From contig OZ024741.1 of assembly GCA_964016885.1 (NCBI GenBank), positions 143,902,001 to 143,966,000 on the forward strand: 64,000 nucleotides of DNA, read 5' to 3'. This DNA is from Eledone cirrhosa (taxonomy: Eukaryota). The notes under the pieces are model-generated. The model did no database searches. It was given only the letters and a program-made list of their open reading frames with translations, and was not told the DNA's origin. The translations under genes and the position numbers were made by a program. Shown piece by piece: positions 53,460 to 64,000 of the stretch (within the stretch, counting starts at the first letter, position 1; every line of letters begins with the position of its first letter).

Positions 53460-55200
53460 TAATAAATACTAAGGCCTTCCATGGGGAAGAATGCATTGCG
53501 CAACACAAGTTAGTCATTAGCAACATCAAAATAACACAAGGCAGAATAAGATACGCAGGAAAATATGGAGATGGAGGGTTTGGAAGCTAAAAGACCTTTC
53601 TGTTAAAAAGGCCCTACAGGATGTAGTAGATGAGAAGGATGTCGAGCTAGGTACACATAACATAGAGGACAACTGGAAATTCTTACATGACAACCTTTTG
53701 CAAACTACCGAGAAGACTTGTGGCTGGAGTAAAGTGCCAGTCAGAAAGAGGGTGACTTATTGGTGGAACAGCACAGTGGATAGAGCCATTAAAGCCAAGA
53801 GACAGGTATAGAAAGAATGGAAAAATGGGAGTAGCAGAGACCAGTACCAGGTAACTAAGAGAGAAGCTAGACAATAGGTATACACAGCTCAGAATGAGGT
53901 TGAAAAAAGAATGTTTTCCAATGTCTTGAGACATGAGGACCAGAGATGTGAAGTCTTTTGCATTGCAAGGTAGTGTGTTAGTGTAATTTGAGATGTTATT
54001 GTGGAAAAATCTGTTAGAAATGACACTGGGACACTTAGCACCACTGATTCCCAAAAGAAAGATGCTTGGAAATGTTACTATGAGAGATTGATGAATGGGA
54101 GAAAGAGAAACTACCCAAACTTACTCAACAGAAGGACCAGCTATTGAAGTTGATAGTTATAGAGTCAAAGAAGCAATCAAAGAGATGAAGAATGGTAAAG
54201 CTGGGGGACTGTCAGAGATAGTTGCTGAGATGCTAAAAGCATCAGGAGAACTAAGAGTTGAACTAGTAACCTGCATCATCAGTCAGGTAATACAGGATGG
54301 GGCCATACCCAATGACTGGTGCAGCAGCATAATCATACATTTCTACAAGGGTAAAGGTGATACTCTAGAAAGGAACAAGTTATGAAAGTTACAGAAAGAG
54401 TTATAGCACCACTAATTAGGGAAAGAGTCAAATTAGCCGAAATGCAGTTTGGTTTCATGCCTGGGAAAAGTACTACAGATGCCCTCTTCTTAGTGAGGCA
54501 ACTACAAGAGAAGTTCCTTGCCAAGAATAAGCTACTATATTTAGTTTTTGTTGATCTAGAAAAGGCCTTTGACAGAGTACCTTGATCCGTTATTAGGTGA
54601 TCCTTAAGAAAATTAAGTGTAGAAGAATGGTTTGTGAGAGCAGTGGAAGCTATGTACAGAGGTGCTGTCAGTAAAGTGAGAGTAGGAAGAGAGTTTAGTG
54701 AGGAATTCAAGGTACAGGTAGGAGTTCATAAAGGTTAGATTCTTAGCCCACTGTTGTTCATCATAGTTCTCCAGGCCATAACAGAAGAGTTTAAAACTGG
54801 CTCTCCATGGGAACTTCTTTATGCAGATGATCTGGTCCTTATAGCCAAATCCATAAAAGAACTAGAAAATAAGTTCTGTATATGGAAACAGAATTTGGAA
54901 TCAAAGGGTCTGAAAGTAAATTTAGCCAAAACTAAAGTGCTAGTAAGTAGTGAAGAAGATATGACCCTGATCCCTTCAGAGAAGTGGACCTGCTCAGTAT
55001 GTAGAAAAGGAGTAGGCATAAACTCCATACGGTGTACACACTATAAATCTTGGGTACACGAGATGCAGTGGGATAACAGGTAGATTAACAGGAAAGGAAG
55101 CCTTTGTATGTAGATGCACAGGAGTAATTGAGGGGGAGAGCATCAGTGATATAAACCTCTTCAAGCCACAGGAAGGCTCCATAGAACTGGTTGATAACAT
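53460..55200 (+). mobile_element. Decayed RTE-like LINE (RT with a Cys-rich insertion)
   Basis: 'MKNGKAGG', 'QFGFMPGKSTTDALF', 'FVDLEKAFDRVP', 'LLYADDLVLIA', then 'CSVCRKGVGINSIRC...WVH'; multiple stops. Confidence 0.9.
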
Positions 55201-55489
55201 GGATTGGTGATTATTGGGCAATATATATATATATATATACATACCAGTAGTTCCCAACATGGGGGTATGAAAATGTAGAATTGGGTGTCCATGAACTAAG
55301 TTCAAAATGTCAAGTACTTTGTTAATAAAAACCTTATTGCACATACTATTGGGTGTCCATAGAAAATTATTTTTATATAACAATCTGAGAGTGAAGTAAT
55401 TTTAGTGAGGTGGTCAATAGGAAAATTTATTCAAATATAAAGTGTCATTGGTAGTGAAAAAGCTGGGAACCAATGATATCATTATCATT

Positions 55490-55855
55490 TTATGTCTCTT
55501 TTGCTGTGCTTGCATGGGTTAGATGGGTCCTTTCCAGTACAGCCTCTTTCCACAGTTCTTTCATTATCTTCTCTGTGATGTTTACCATCTTGAGATCAGC
55601 TTTAGCCACCTCTGTCCAGGTTTTTCTTGATCCTCCTGTACTGCAGTTTCCTTCCACTGGCATCTCCTGACACTTCTTCACCCAGTGTTTATCATCCATA
55701 TGTTTCACATGTCCAAACTAATGCAGTCTTCTCTCTTGCACATTACATCTGATTCCTGTAATACCCAGATTTTCTCTCAGTTCATCCATGCCTCATCATT
55801 CATGCACACTAACATCACATATCCACTGAAATGTGCTCACTTTATTTGTCTCCAG
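55490..55855 (-). mobile_element. RTE-like LINE 3' end
   Basis: 'HMDDKHWVKKCQEMPVEG...GSRKTWTEV'. Confidence 0.75.
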
Positions 55856-55904
55856 CTTCTGCTAATTAATGGAAAATAACTATGACCATTTCTTTTTTAT
55901 TCAG

Positions 55905-56034
55905 AAAGTCTACGATAGTCAGGCTGTTGTACCGTTTCTTTGACCCTCAGAAAGGATCCATTTCTATAAATAATCAAGATATAAAGACCATTACATTGGA
56001 CAGTCTGAGAAAAGCTATTGGTGTTGTTCCACAG
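55905..56034 (+). CDS. ABCB7: ABCB7 exon 12
   Basis: [19 protein letters not shown]...[13 protein letters not shown]|gtaaa (end of Walker A, Q-loop). Confidence 0.97.
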
Positions 56035-57527
56035 GTAAATATATTATAGCTGTTACAACATATTTGGTATTATTAGTTCAACCTGATTGATGCTGTTGAT
56101 AGTGATGATGATGGTGGTGATATTAGTGGTGGTGATGGTGGTGGTGCCGCTGGTGCTGCAGGTATTGTGTTAGTGATGAGGATGGTGATGATAGTGATTG
56201 TGATGAATATGGTGGTGATAGTGATGGTATTACTGCTGGCAACAATGATGATGAAAGTAGTTTGCATTGGAAAGCCCGCTTGTTATCACTAAAGAAGGTT
56301 GCAAGTCTGATTGCTTAATGTTAGGGTGTGATTAAAAGAGTGAAAGAGAATGTAGTAGTTTCTATGTTTCTAGGTTTGGTATCATAGGAACAAGATAGCT
56401 GGAGCTGAGTTCCCACTGGCCTCAAAGGTTGCCCCTTATGTCATGTGTAACACAGTCACTTCTGCCAAAGAAACTCTTCTCTCATGTTTCTATGCTCCAG
56501 CACTGGCCCCACAAAATAGAATTAGGTGTGAAAGTGAGAGTATAGTGCTGTGACTATTCAAATTGCTCGCCTAACAATCTACATGTGCCTGCCTTGTGAT
56601 CTGGTGGTGTTGACCTTTGTATCTGCAAATAGTTTACTGTATGTCACTGTCTTCTATGAAATCCTAGACATGCCTGACCCAATATTCAGCAGTTTCCTCC
56701 TTGGTTAACACTCCCATTGCAACTGTTGACATTCAATGGTAAGGTGTGCTCCTGTGGATCACACTTAAAGCTAGGGAAAATATTACATGCTGAAGATACT
56801 ACTCAGTGGGACCGTACCTGGAACCTTATAATGGTGATAATGATGATGCTGAAAAGAATGGAATGAAATTACAGCTCACACCTATAGGGATTAATTGGCT
56901 TCTTAAAAGATTTTATCTCATAGGAGGTTTCCCAGGTGTTATAATTGTTGGGGCCCTAGTCTTATGATGAAAAACAATGTGAAAAGAAATGTGTTGCTCA
57001 AAAACACAACACATCACCCACTCCAGGAATCAACTGCAAGACCATATGTTTATGAGTCCAATGTCCTAACTACTAGACTGTGTCTCAAACTGAAAGTTTC
57101 AAACGGGCCATTTCAGCACAGCGTTTCAAAAGTGAGATAAGGGTAGGGAGGGCATGATTTCCACCATCTTAAGTACACCTTCCCCATACCAATATGAGTT
57201 GACAAATCTATTTCTTACGTTATGAAACCAAACAAATTTCCTCATGTTCTGTTGTGTGTTAGTTGTCTATCATTTCAAGTACACCCTCCACACTAATATG
57301 AGTTGTCAAATATACCCCTTCTCATGTTATGAAACAAAAAAAGTGTTCTCATGTTCGGTTGTGGGAGTTAGTTTTCTCAGTCATACTTCCACCACAATAG
57401 GTCTTTGAAACAAGCCAATATAGATTTCACTAACATTCTTATTAGCAATGTTTTTTTCAATGTATATGAAATTGGATACATATTGCTACTTTTCAGCTTT
57501 TCATCTTGAAGTGAAAACGATTGAAAT

Positions 57528-57965
57528 ACAATAATAATGAAAATTATTGTGTACAGTGCTCAGGTGCACTACAACTCATCAAAGGTGCATGTATAGTACA
57601 TGGAATAATGTACAAATGTCAGGAAAATGAACAGTGTATGAGTCATGATATATACACACACATGCGTACATGTGTATGGAGGGGGAATATCAGGTGTAGT
57701 GTTGGCAAATTTCGGGAAACATGGAAGTTTTGAAGGATGTAGTGTCCTGACAGGCAGTTTGTTCTATGCTTTAGTAACTCTGAGCGTGAAAAAATGTTTC
57801 TGAAAGTCATGGGAGCTGTACTGTTTTCTGATTTTGTAAAAATGTCCACATGGAATTCAAAAAGGTGCTCAGGGTTGTTGTTGGAAAAATAGTAAATAAT
57901 CTTGTGGATGTCTACCAAGTCAGTTGTCAGACATCGGAGCTTTAATGTATGTATGCCTTCCCTGG
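57528..57965 (-). mobile_element. CR1/L2-like LINE 3' end
   Basis: Third copy of the 28235-28860 family. Confidence 0.82.
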
Positions 57966-58214
57966 GAGAGAAACATGGTCAGACACGGACTTATTTTAAA
58001 ATTGATTGTCTGTTTGCATTAGTTTGGCAGGTCAAGCTTTATACTGCTGCTGCTGCAGTATGGAAGGGGTGAGGGACAAATTACTAAGTTTTAGGAAAAT
58101 ATTAGTCACAAAAATTGTTTTGCCATTTCAAACACGTGGCCTACAAAAGTAGTTTGCGGGCCACGTGTTTGAAACCTTTGCACCTTCACTTTAATAACAC
58201 GTTTTCCTTTCCAG

Positions 58215-58389
58215 GATTGTGTGCTGTTCCATGACACCATATATCAAAATATCCAGTATGGTAAACTGGATGCCACAAAAGAAGAAGTCTACAAAGCATC
58301 TAGCATGGTTGAGTTACATCAAACCATTGAAGAGATGTTCCCACAGAAATATGAGACACAGGTTGGAGAAAGAGGTCTAAAACTTTCAG
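58215..58389 (+). CDS. ABCB7: ABCB7 exon 13
   Basis: DCVLFHDTIYQNIQYG...YETQVGERGLKLS G|gtatg. Confidence 0.97.
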
Positions 58390-58986
58390 GTATGGAATAG
58401 TATTTTCCCTAACTTGAACTTTTTTGTCACCATTGTCAGGTTATCTTAGTGCAGTATTTATGCAGTTGCCTGATATACAACAAATATGTGGTTTCATTCC
58501 TTTTAGCAGTTCTATCACATTTTTTTGTCCAACCTACGCCAGCATGAAAAGTGGACATAAAATGATGAAGATGATTTCTCCTAAACGATACAGCTCATGA
58601 TTTTCAAATAATGTTTTAAATATTGAAGAAGTTGGATGGATTTAGTAAAATAACTTCATTGTTAAGCTAGTGTTTGGGGCATAGCTTAATGAAAGTTTTT
58701 ACATAAAATTATGAGGAAAAACATTTTAGGTAAATATAAACATAAAGATGTAAATCATCAACATCATCAGTGTTTAATTTTGATTTTTTCCACATTAGCA
58801 TGAGTTAGACAAGTTGTCCAGTCAGATCAGATGGTTGTGTCTTGCTCATACAGAACCATTTCTGACTTGGTTTCTATGGCTGGATGACTTTTCTAACGCC
58901 AACCACATTTACAGTGCGGACTGTAAATATTTAGAGAAAATCTGTTGTTTTGTATATTTTCTATTGTTCACCACCTTTATTTATAG

Positions 58987-59090
58987 GAGGAGAGAAACAA
59001 CGAGTAGCCATTGCTCGAACTATTTTGAAGGACCCCATCATAGTTGCTTATGATGAAGCAACATCGTCGCTAGACAGCATTACGGAACAG
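58987..59090 (+). CDS. ABCB7: ABCB7 exon 14 (signature, Walker B, D-loop); gene continues beyond the window
   Basis: [35 protein letters not shown]|gtaag. I found no H-loop exon before 64000. Confidence 0.97.
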
Positions 59091-59095
59091 GTAAG

Positions 59096-60140
59096 ATACA
59101 TGGTTTAACAACATTATTACAAGGCTAATAATATATTTTAGATGTTGTACCATCACACAACTATTATGATACATTGTTTAACCACGTTGTACCATCACAC
59201 AACTATTAGGATACATTGTTTAACCACGTTGTACCATCACACAACTATTAGGATACATTGTTTAACCACATTATTACAAGGCTAATAATATGTTTTAGAT
59301 GTTGTACCATCACACAACTATTATGATACATTGTTTAACCACATTATTACAAGGCTAATAATATATTTTAGATGTTGTACCATCACACAACTATTATGAT
59401 ACATTGTTTAACCATATTATTACAAGGTTAATAATATGTCTTAGATGTTGTACCATCACACAACTATTATGATACATTGTTTAACCACGTTGTACCATCA
59501 CACAACTATTATGATACATTGTTTAACCACGTTGTACCATCACACAACTATTATGATACATTGTTTAACCACATTATTACAAGGTTAATAATATATTTTA
59601 GATGTACCATCACACAACTATTATGATACATTGTTTAACCATATTATTACAAGGTTAATAATTGTTTCTACTTTTGGCACAAGGCCAGCAATTATCCCAG
59701 TGTATTACTGGTACTTTATTTTATCGACCCCTTAAGGATGAAAGGCAAAGTTAACCTCGGCGGTACCATCACACAACTATTATGATACATTGTTTAACCA
59801 TATTATTACAAGGCTAATAATATATTTTAGATGTTGTACCATCACACAACTATTATGATACATTGTTTAACCACGTTGTACCATCACACAACTATTATGA
59901 TACATTGTTTAACCACATTATTACAAGGCTAATAATATGTTTTAGATGTTGTACCATCACACAACTATTATGATACATTGTTTAACCAGGTTAACTTTGC
60001 CTTTCATCCTTACAGGGTCGATAAAATAAAGTACCAGTAATGTACTGGGTAATTGCTGGCCTTGTGCCTAAAGTAGAAACAATTATTACAAGGCTGATAA
60101 CATATGTCTTAGATCTACCATTACACAACAGTTATAATAC
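59096..60140. repeat. Two-module minisatellite (42-bp and 42+31-bp units) with two embedded SINE 3' fragments
   Basis: Module GTTGTACCATCACACAACTATTATGATACATTGTTTAACCAC, with or without ATTATTACAAGGCTAATAATATATTTTAGAT. SINE pieces at ~59660-59763 (-) and ~59988-60081 (+). Confidence 0.92.
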
Positions 60141-61812
60141 ATGGTTCAAACACACCATTGTAAGGCTGGTAATATGTTTAAGATTACACACCAGTTATGA
60201 TATATATATATGTTTATCCCGAGTTCAATTGGGGGTAACCACAGTAAGTAAGGTACTCAATACTTTCCTGATGAATGAAACAGTTCTAGTTCTGTAGAAG
60301 CCATTTCTATATTATTATTATATATATATATATAAACAACAGTAAAAGTATGTGACCTACTGGTTAGGATGTTGGACTCTCAATCATAAGTTTGTGGGTT
60401 TGATTCCTGGATGAGGTGGCGTATTGTCTTCTTCAGCAAAATGTTTCATTTCATGTTGCTTTTTATGATAAGAGTGGGGCCCCTATCATGAAAACACTTG
60501 AGAAACCTTCTATGAGATGCAACTCATAAGAGGCCAGTTAAATCTATATACATGTTAGCTGTAACATCTTTATATATCTTTTTATTGTTATAACACTAAT
60601 AAGATGTATTTTAGATATAACCATACTTATAAATAGATTATAGGTTGGTGTCAGGAAAGGTATCCAGCTTTAGAAAAACTACCGAAAACAAAGTACTCGA
60701 GGACTACATTATCCACTGTGTCAACCCATACACTTTTTAAAGCTGGTGTTGAATGACCATGTAGAGGCTCTGTTATTGGTTCGAACTGGTTGTTTGTCCA
60801 GAACCTTATCACCTCAACTCTTTGCATTTTCTGATGGGAAAGACTTCTGCTGCTGAAATATAGCATATTGTTACTTGTCTGTGAAGCCCAACACTCTGAA
60901 TCATAAGCTCAACTTTCTTTTCCATATTTCCCTTGATCTATTTACTGCACAGAGTTTCCACTGTCAATTTCTGATGCTTTTTCCCCTTTGGATATACACC
61001 AACTTCCATAAGACAACTAAATCCCTGATCAGTTCTTTAATCATCATCCCATGTCTCACCATCATCATCATTTTATTCCTGCTTTCCATGATGGCATAGG
61101 TTTGACAAGTCATCATAGTTTGCAATTCCTTATTTGGAGTTTATACTTTCTTAGACAGGTCAGGGAGCCATGCCACTTTTAAACATTCCAATTTTGTTAT
61201 AGTTTTTTATGGCTGGATGCCAACCACTTTATCATGGCACCAACTTTAAACAGGTTGTCATTTCTTCAACAAGACTAAAGAGTCTTTTCTACACTATATT
61301 GTCTCCTTTTGATTGTTAACCACTTTACAGAGTGTACTGGGTGCATTTAATGTGGCATAAACACTTGAGGAGTTGCCAACTACTTTACAAAACTAAAGAG
61401 TCCTCTCTACCCTATAGTCACCATTCAATCATCCATATTTTGTTGTGAAGATACTTGGCCTATGGGTTGAGGTATTGGACAAACTCATGATCATAAGGTC
61501 ATGAGTTTCATTCCTGAGTTGGGCAGTGCTTTGTATACTTGAGCAACAATATTTCATTTCGCGTTCTTTCTGCCAGGAGTTGTGACCAACAGATAGTATC
61601 AGCAATGGAAACATTGTCTTGGTTTGATATGATGATTGGTTCTTATTTCTTTTTCCTTGTTGTAAGAAAGGAGGAAAACATATAAATATTTTGTTTTATT
61701 CATTTATTTATTTATCAAAATATTTTTTTAAAAAGTAGAAAAAATATTTAAAAAAAGAGAAAGAAGTAAAAAAAAAGTCAATCAGTGTAGATAGAACCAA
61801 TGATTTTATGGT

Positions 61813-62170
61813 TTATGATGAAATAACTTCTTCAGTTATCAATTTTATCCTTGTGTCATCATCACTACGCATCTTATTCTGAACCATTTCCTTCTCCAGT
61901 TTCAGAATTTCCACTTTGATTTTATGCCTCTCCTCTTTCATGTCCATTAATCTTTTCCTATCTTCTTTCGACATATTGCCTTTTGAGAAAGAAACATGCC
62001 CAAAATTTGACTTCACTCTTCCACCATCAAACTGCCATCTTTTGTCGAAATTCATTGGCACCAGAGCTGTAGAAGTAGGCTGTGTCACTATGTCTTGTGG
62101 AGTACTCGACTCCTGCAAGTTGTCAGGAATGTTATTAATGAAAGGATCTAGTGTTGCTGATTCACTAAAT
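61813..62170 (-). CDS. Terminal coding exon of an unidentified antisense gene (C-terminal coiled coil)
   Basis: Strong acceptor tttttcttttccttttccttcttcag|; 358 nt open to TAA; ends 'DRKRLMDMKEERHKIKVEILKLEKEMVQNK...'; non-repetitive, coding-like composition; A/T-rich 3' flank. Confidence 0.7.
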
Positions 62171-64000
62171 CTGAAGAAGGAAAAGGAAAAGAAAAAATTG
62201 AGCATACTTTAAAGATTTACATGCAATGAATTGGCAAAATTGTTGGAACAACGGATAATTCAAATCCCTTCAATCTCAACTTTGCCTTTTGTCCTTTCAT
62301 AAAAAAAATTATTATAAAAATATACCAGTCCAGTACTTGGGTTGGTTCTTCCTGTATATCTTTTTCTCACTTTCTCACTCTCCTTCTATGAAAGAAATCA
62401 GTTGCATTCAGACTTGGAGAAAGATGGGCTCCGCTAAGTTTAGAATGCCCAAGACATGTCGTATGTCATTACAGTGCCCCTATGACTCCATTAGAAATTA
62501 CATACTTTCAAATTACTTTCTGGAATAAGGTTTAACCCTTTTGTAACAATATTTCTAATGAAATACACTCTATTTTAATTAATTAATAAACAATTTTGAT
62601 GGATTTACTAAAGTTATTACTAAGTCATTACTAAGATAGTAACTTAATAGATTGTTTAACTTTTGCTAGCAGGGAAAATATATGTTAAATTATGATAATT
62701 TTTATATAAAATTATGTTGGAAGAGTTTAATTTAGATAGGAGCTCTTGGTTTTGTTTCATAGAACCAATCTGTGCTGATATGAAAAAAATAAATGTAAAA
62801 TTATGAAGATGAAGTGATGTTGATAGTGTCAGTTTTAGCCAGATTGGTATCAAAAGAGTTAATATACCATACTGTCTGTCAGAAGCAACATAAAGGAATT
62901 TCCATGGAATTAATCTTTTTCATACCAGCCTGTCTGAAAGTGCCCTGGTTCTATGATACAAAACCTCCCATTTTAAAGTGCATATATTTAAATCAAAAAT
63001 TTTTCATCATACAGAAAGAGAGAGAGAGACCAACCTTTCATTGTGTAAAACAGAAATGGTAATTTTAAAAGCTATTTTGTAGGTGTCATGACAAAAAGCA
63101 CTCAGCCATCACTGTAAAGGGGTCATGTAAGAGACACGACAATAAGCACCCAGTCCACACTGTAAGGTGGTCATGTAGGTGTTGCGACAAAAAGCACCCA
63201 GTCCATACTGTAAAGTGGTCGTGTAGGAGTCACGACAAAAAAACACCCAGTACACACTGCAAACATGGTTGGTGTTAGGAAGGGCATCCAGCTGTAGAAA
63301 TCTTGCCCAAAACAGTACTATATGACCAAGACACAGTCACCTGACCAAACTTGCCTCAGATAGGACAACTCGTCTAACCCATGCTAGCATGGAAAGTGGA
63401 CGTTAAACGACAATGATGATGATGATTCTTTTGAATCATTTGATACTGCCTCCCCTCCATTTCAAATAATATTCATATTCATATATTATAATGGAATTAA
63501 ACCAATTTATCACAGCTTTTTGCTATGTAAATAATTCTAGTAAACAGTTGACACTTGAAATAGAATACCTTTTTATATGTTTGTTTAGCTAACAATAGTA
63601 GTAAAATACTGTTTACAATAGGTACCTAGTTGTGTAACTCGTTAAATCTAATATACAGTCAATTAACAAAGCAGTCGTAACTAAACACGTTATTCTAATT
63701 CATGTGGGTTTTTTTTACCATTGTGTTTATGTTTTAAATGATGGGGGCGGAGTGATGTATTGTTTCTTTCATACATCTTTGTAGTGTTGCTAAAAGAATG
63801 GAATTTATCAAACCATGACTGCATGGGGGCTTATGACCTTTGTTTTTATAACAGCAGTAAGCTGGTGTCATTGTTCATGTGGTGTGGTGTAGTGTCAGAG
63901 ATAGATTAACCATTATGCAAAATAAGCACATGCTTAGGACATCACGGAAAAAGGGGCACCATTTTAATCAAATTAATTGTATTTATCATTCCCCGGCCCA

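Overview
AT-rich, repeat-dense eukaryotic genomic DNA, most likely from an octopus or other coleoid cephalopod (inferred from the C2H2 zinc-finger remnant and the SINE/LINE content). I can support two spliced protein-coding genes, oriented divergently. One is a CISD3/MiNT-like double-CDGSH Fe-S protein on the minus strand (exons about 21515-21598, 15176-15266 and 11708-11937) with an extra Cys/His-rich C-terminal tail. The other is ABCB7/ATM1 on the plus strand (14 exons from 30382 to 59090, continuing past the window). A terminal exon of an antisense gene (61813-62170) appears to lie inside the last visible ABCB7 intron. The rest consists of a decayed Helitron, a non-autonomous Helitron cluster, a C2H2 ZNF pseudogene, LINE fragments (RTE-like, L1/Tx1-like, CR1/L2-like), many tRNA-derived Nin/Deu-domain SINEs and three minisatellites. 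The most unusual structures are two near-perfect foldbacks, both with 5-nt loops. The first is a 589-bp palindrome in a CISD3 intron whose arms each encode a type I hammerhead ribozyme with a U3-A8 variant core. The second is an element in an ABCB7 intron with a 71-nt tRNA-like cloverleaf between direct repeats, capped by a 97-bp hairpin. Exon coordinates were read by eye from splice sites; transposon boundaries are approximate.
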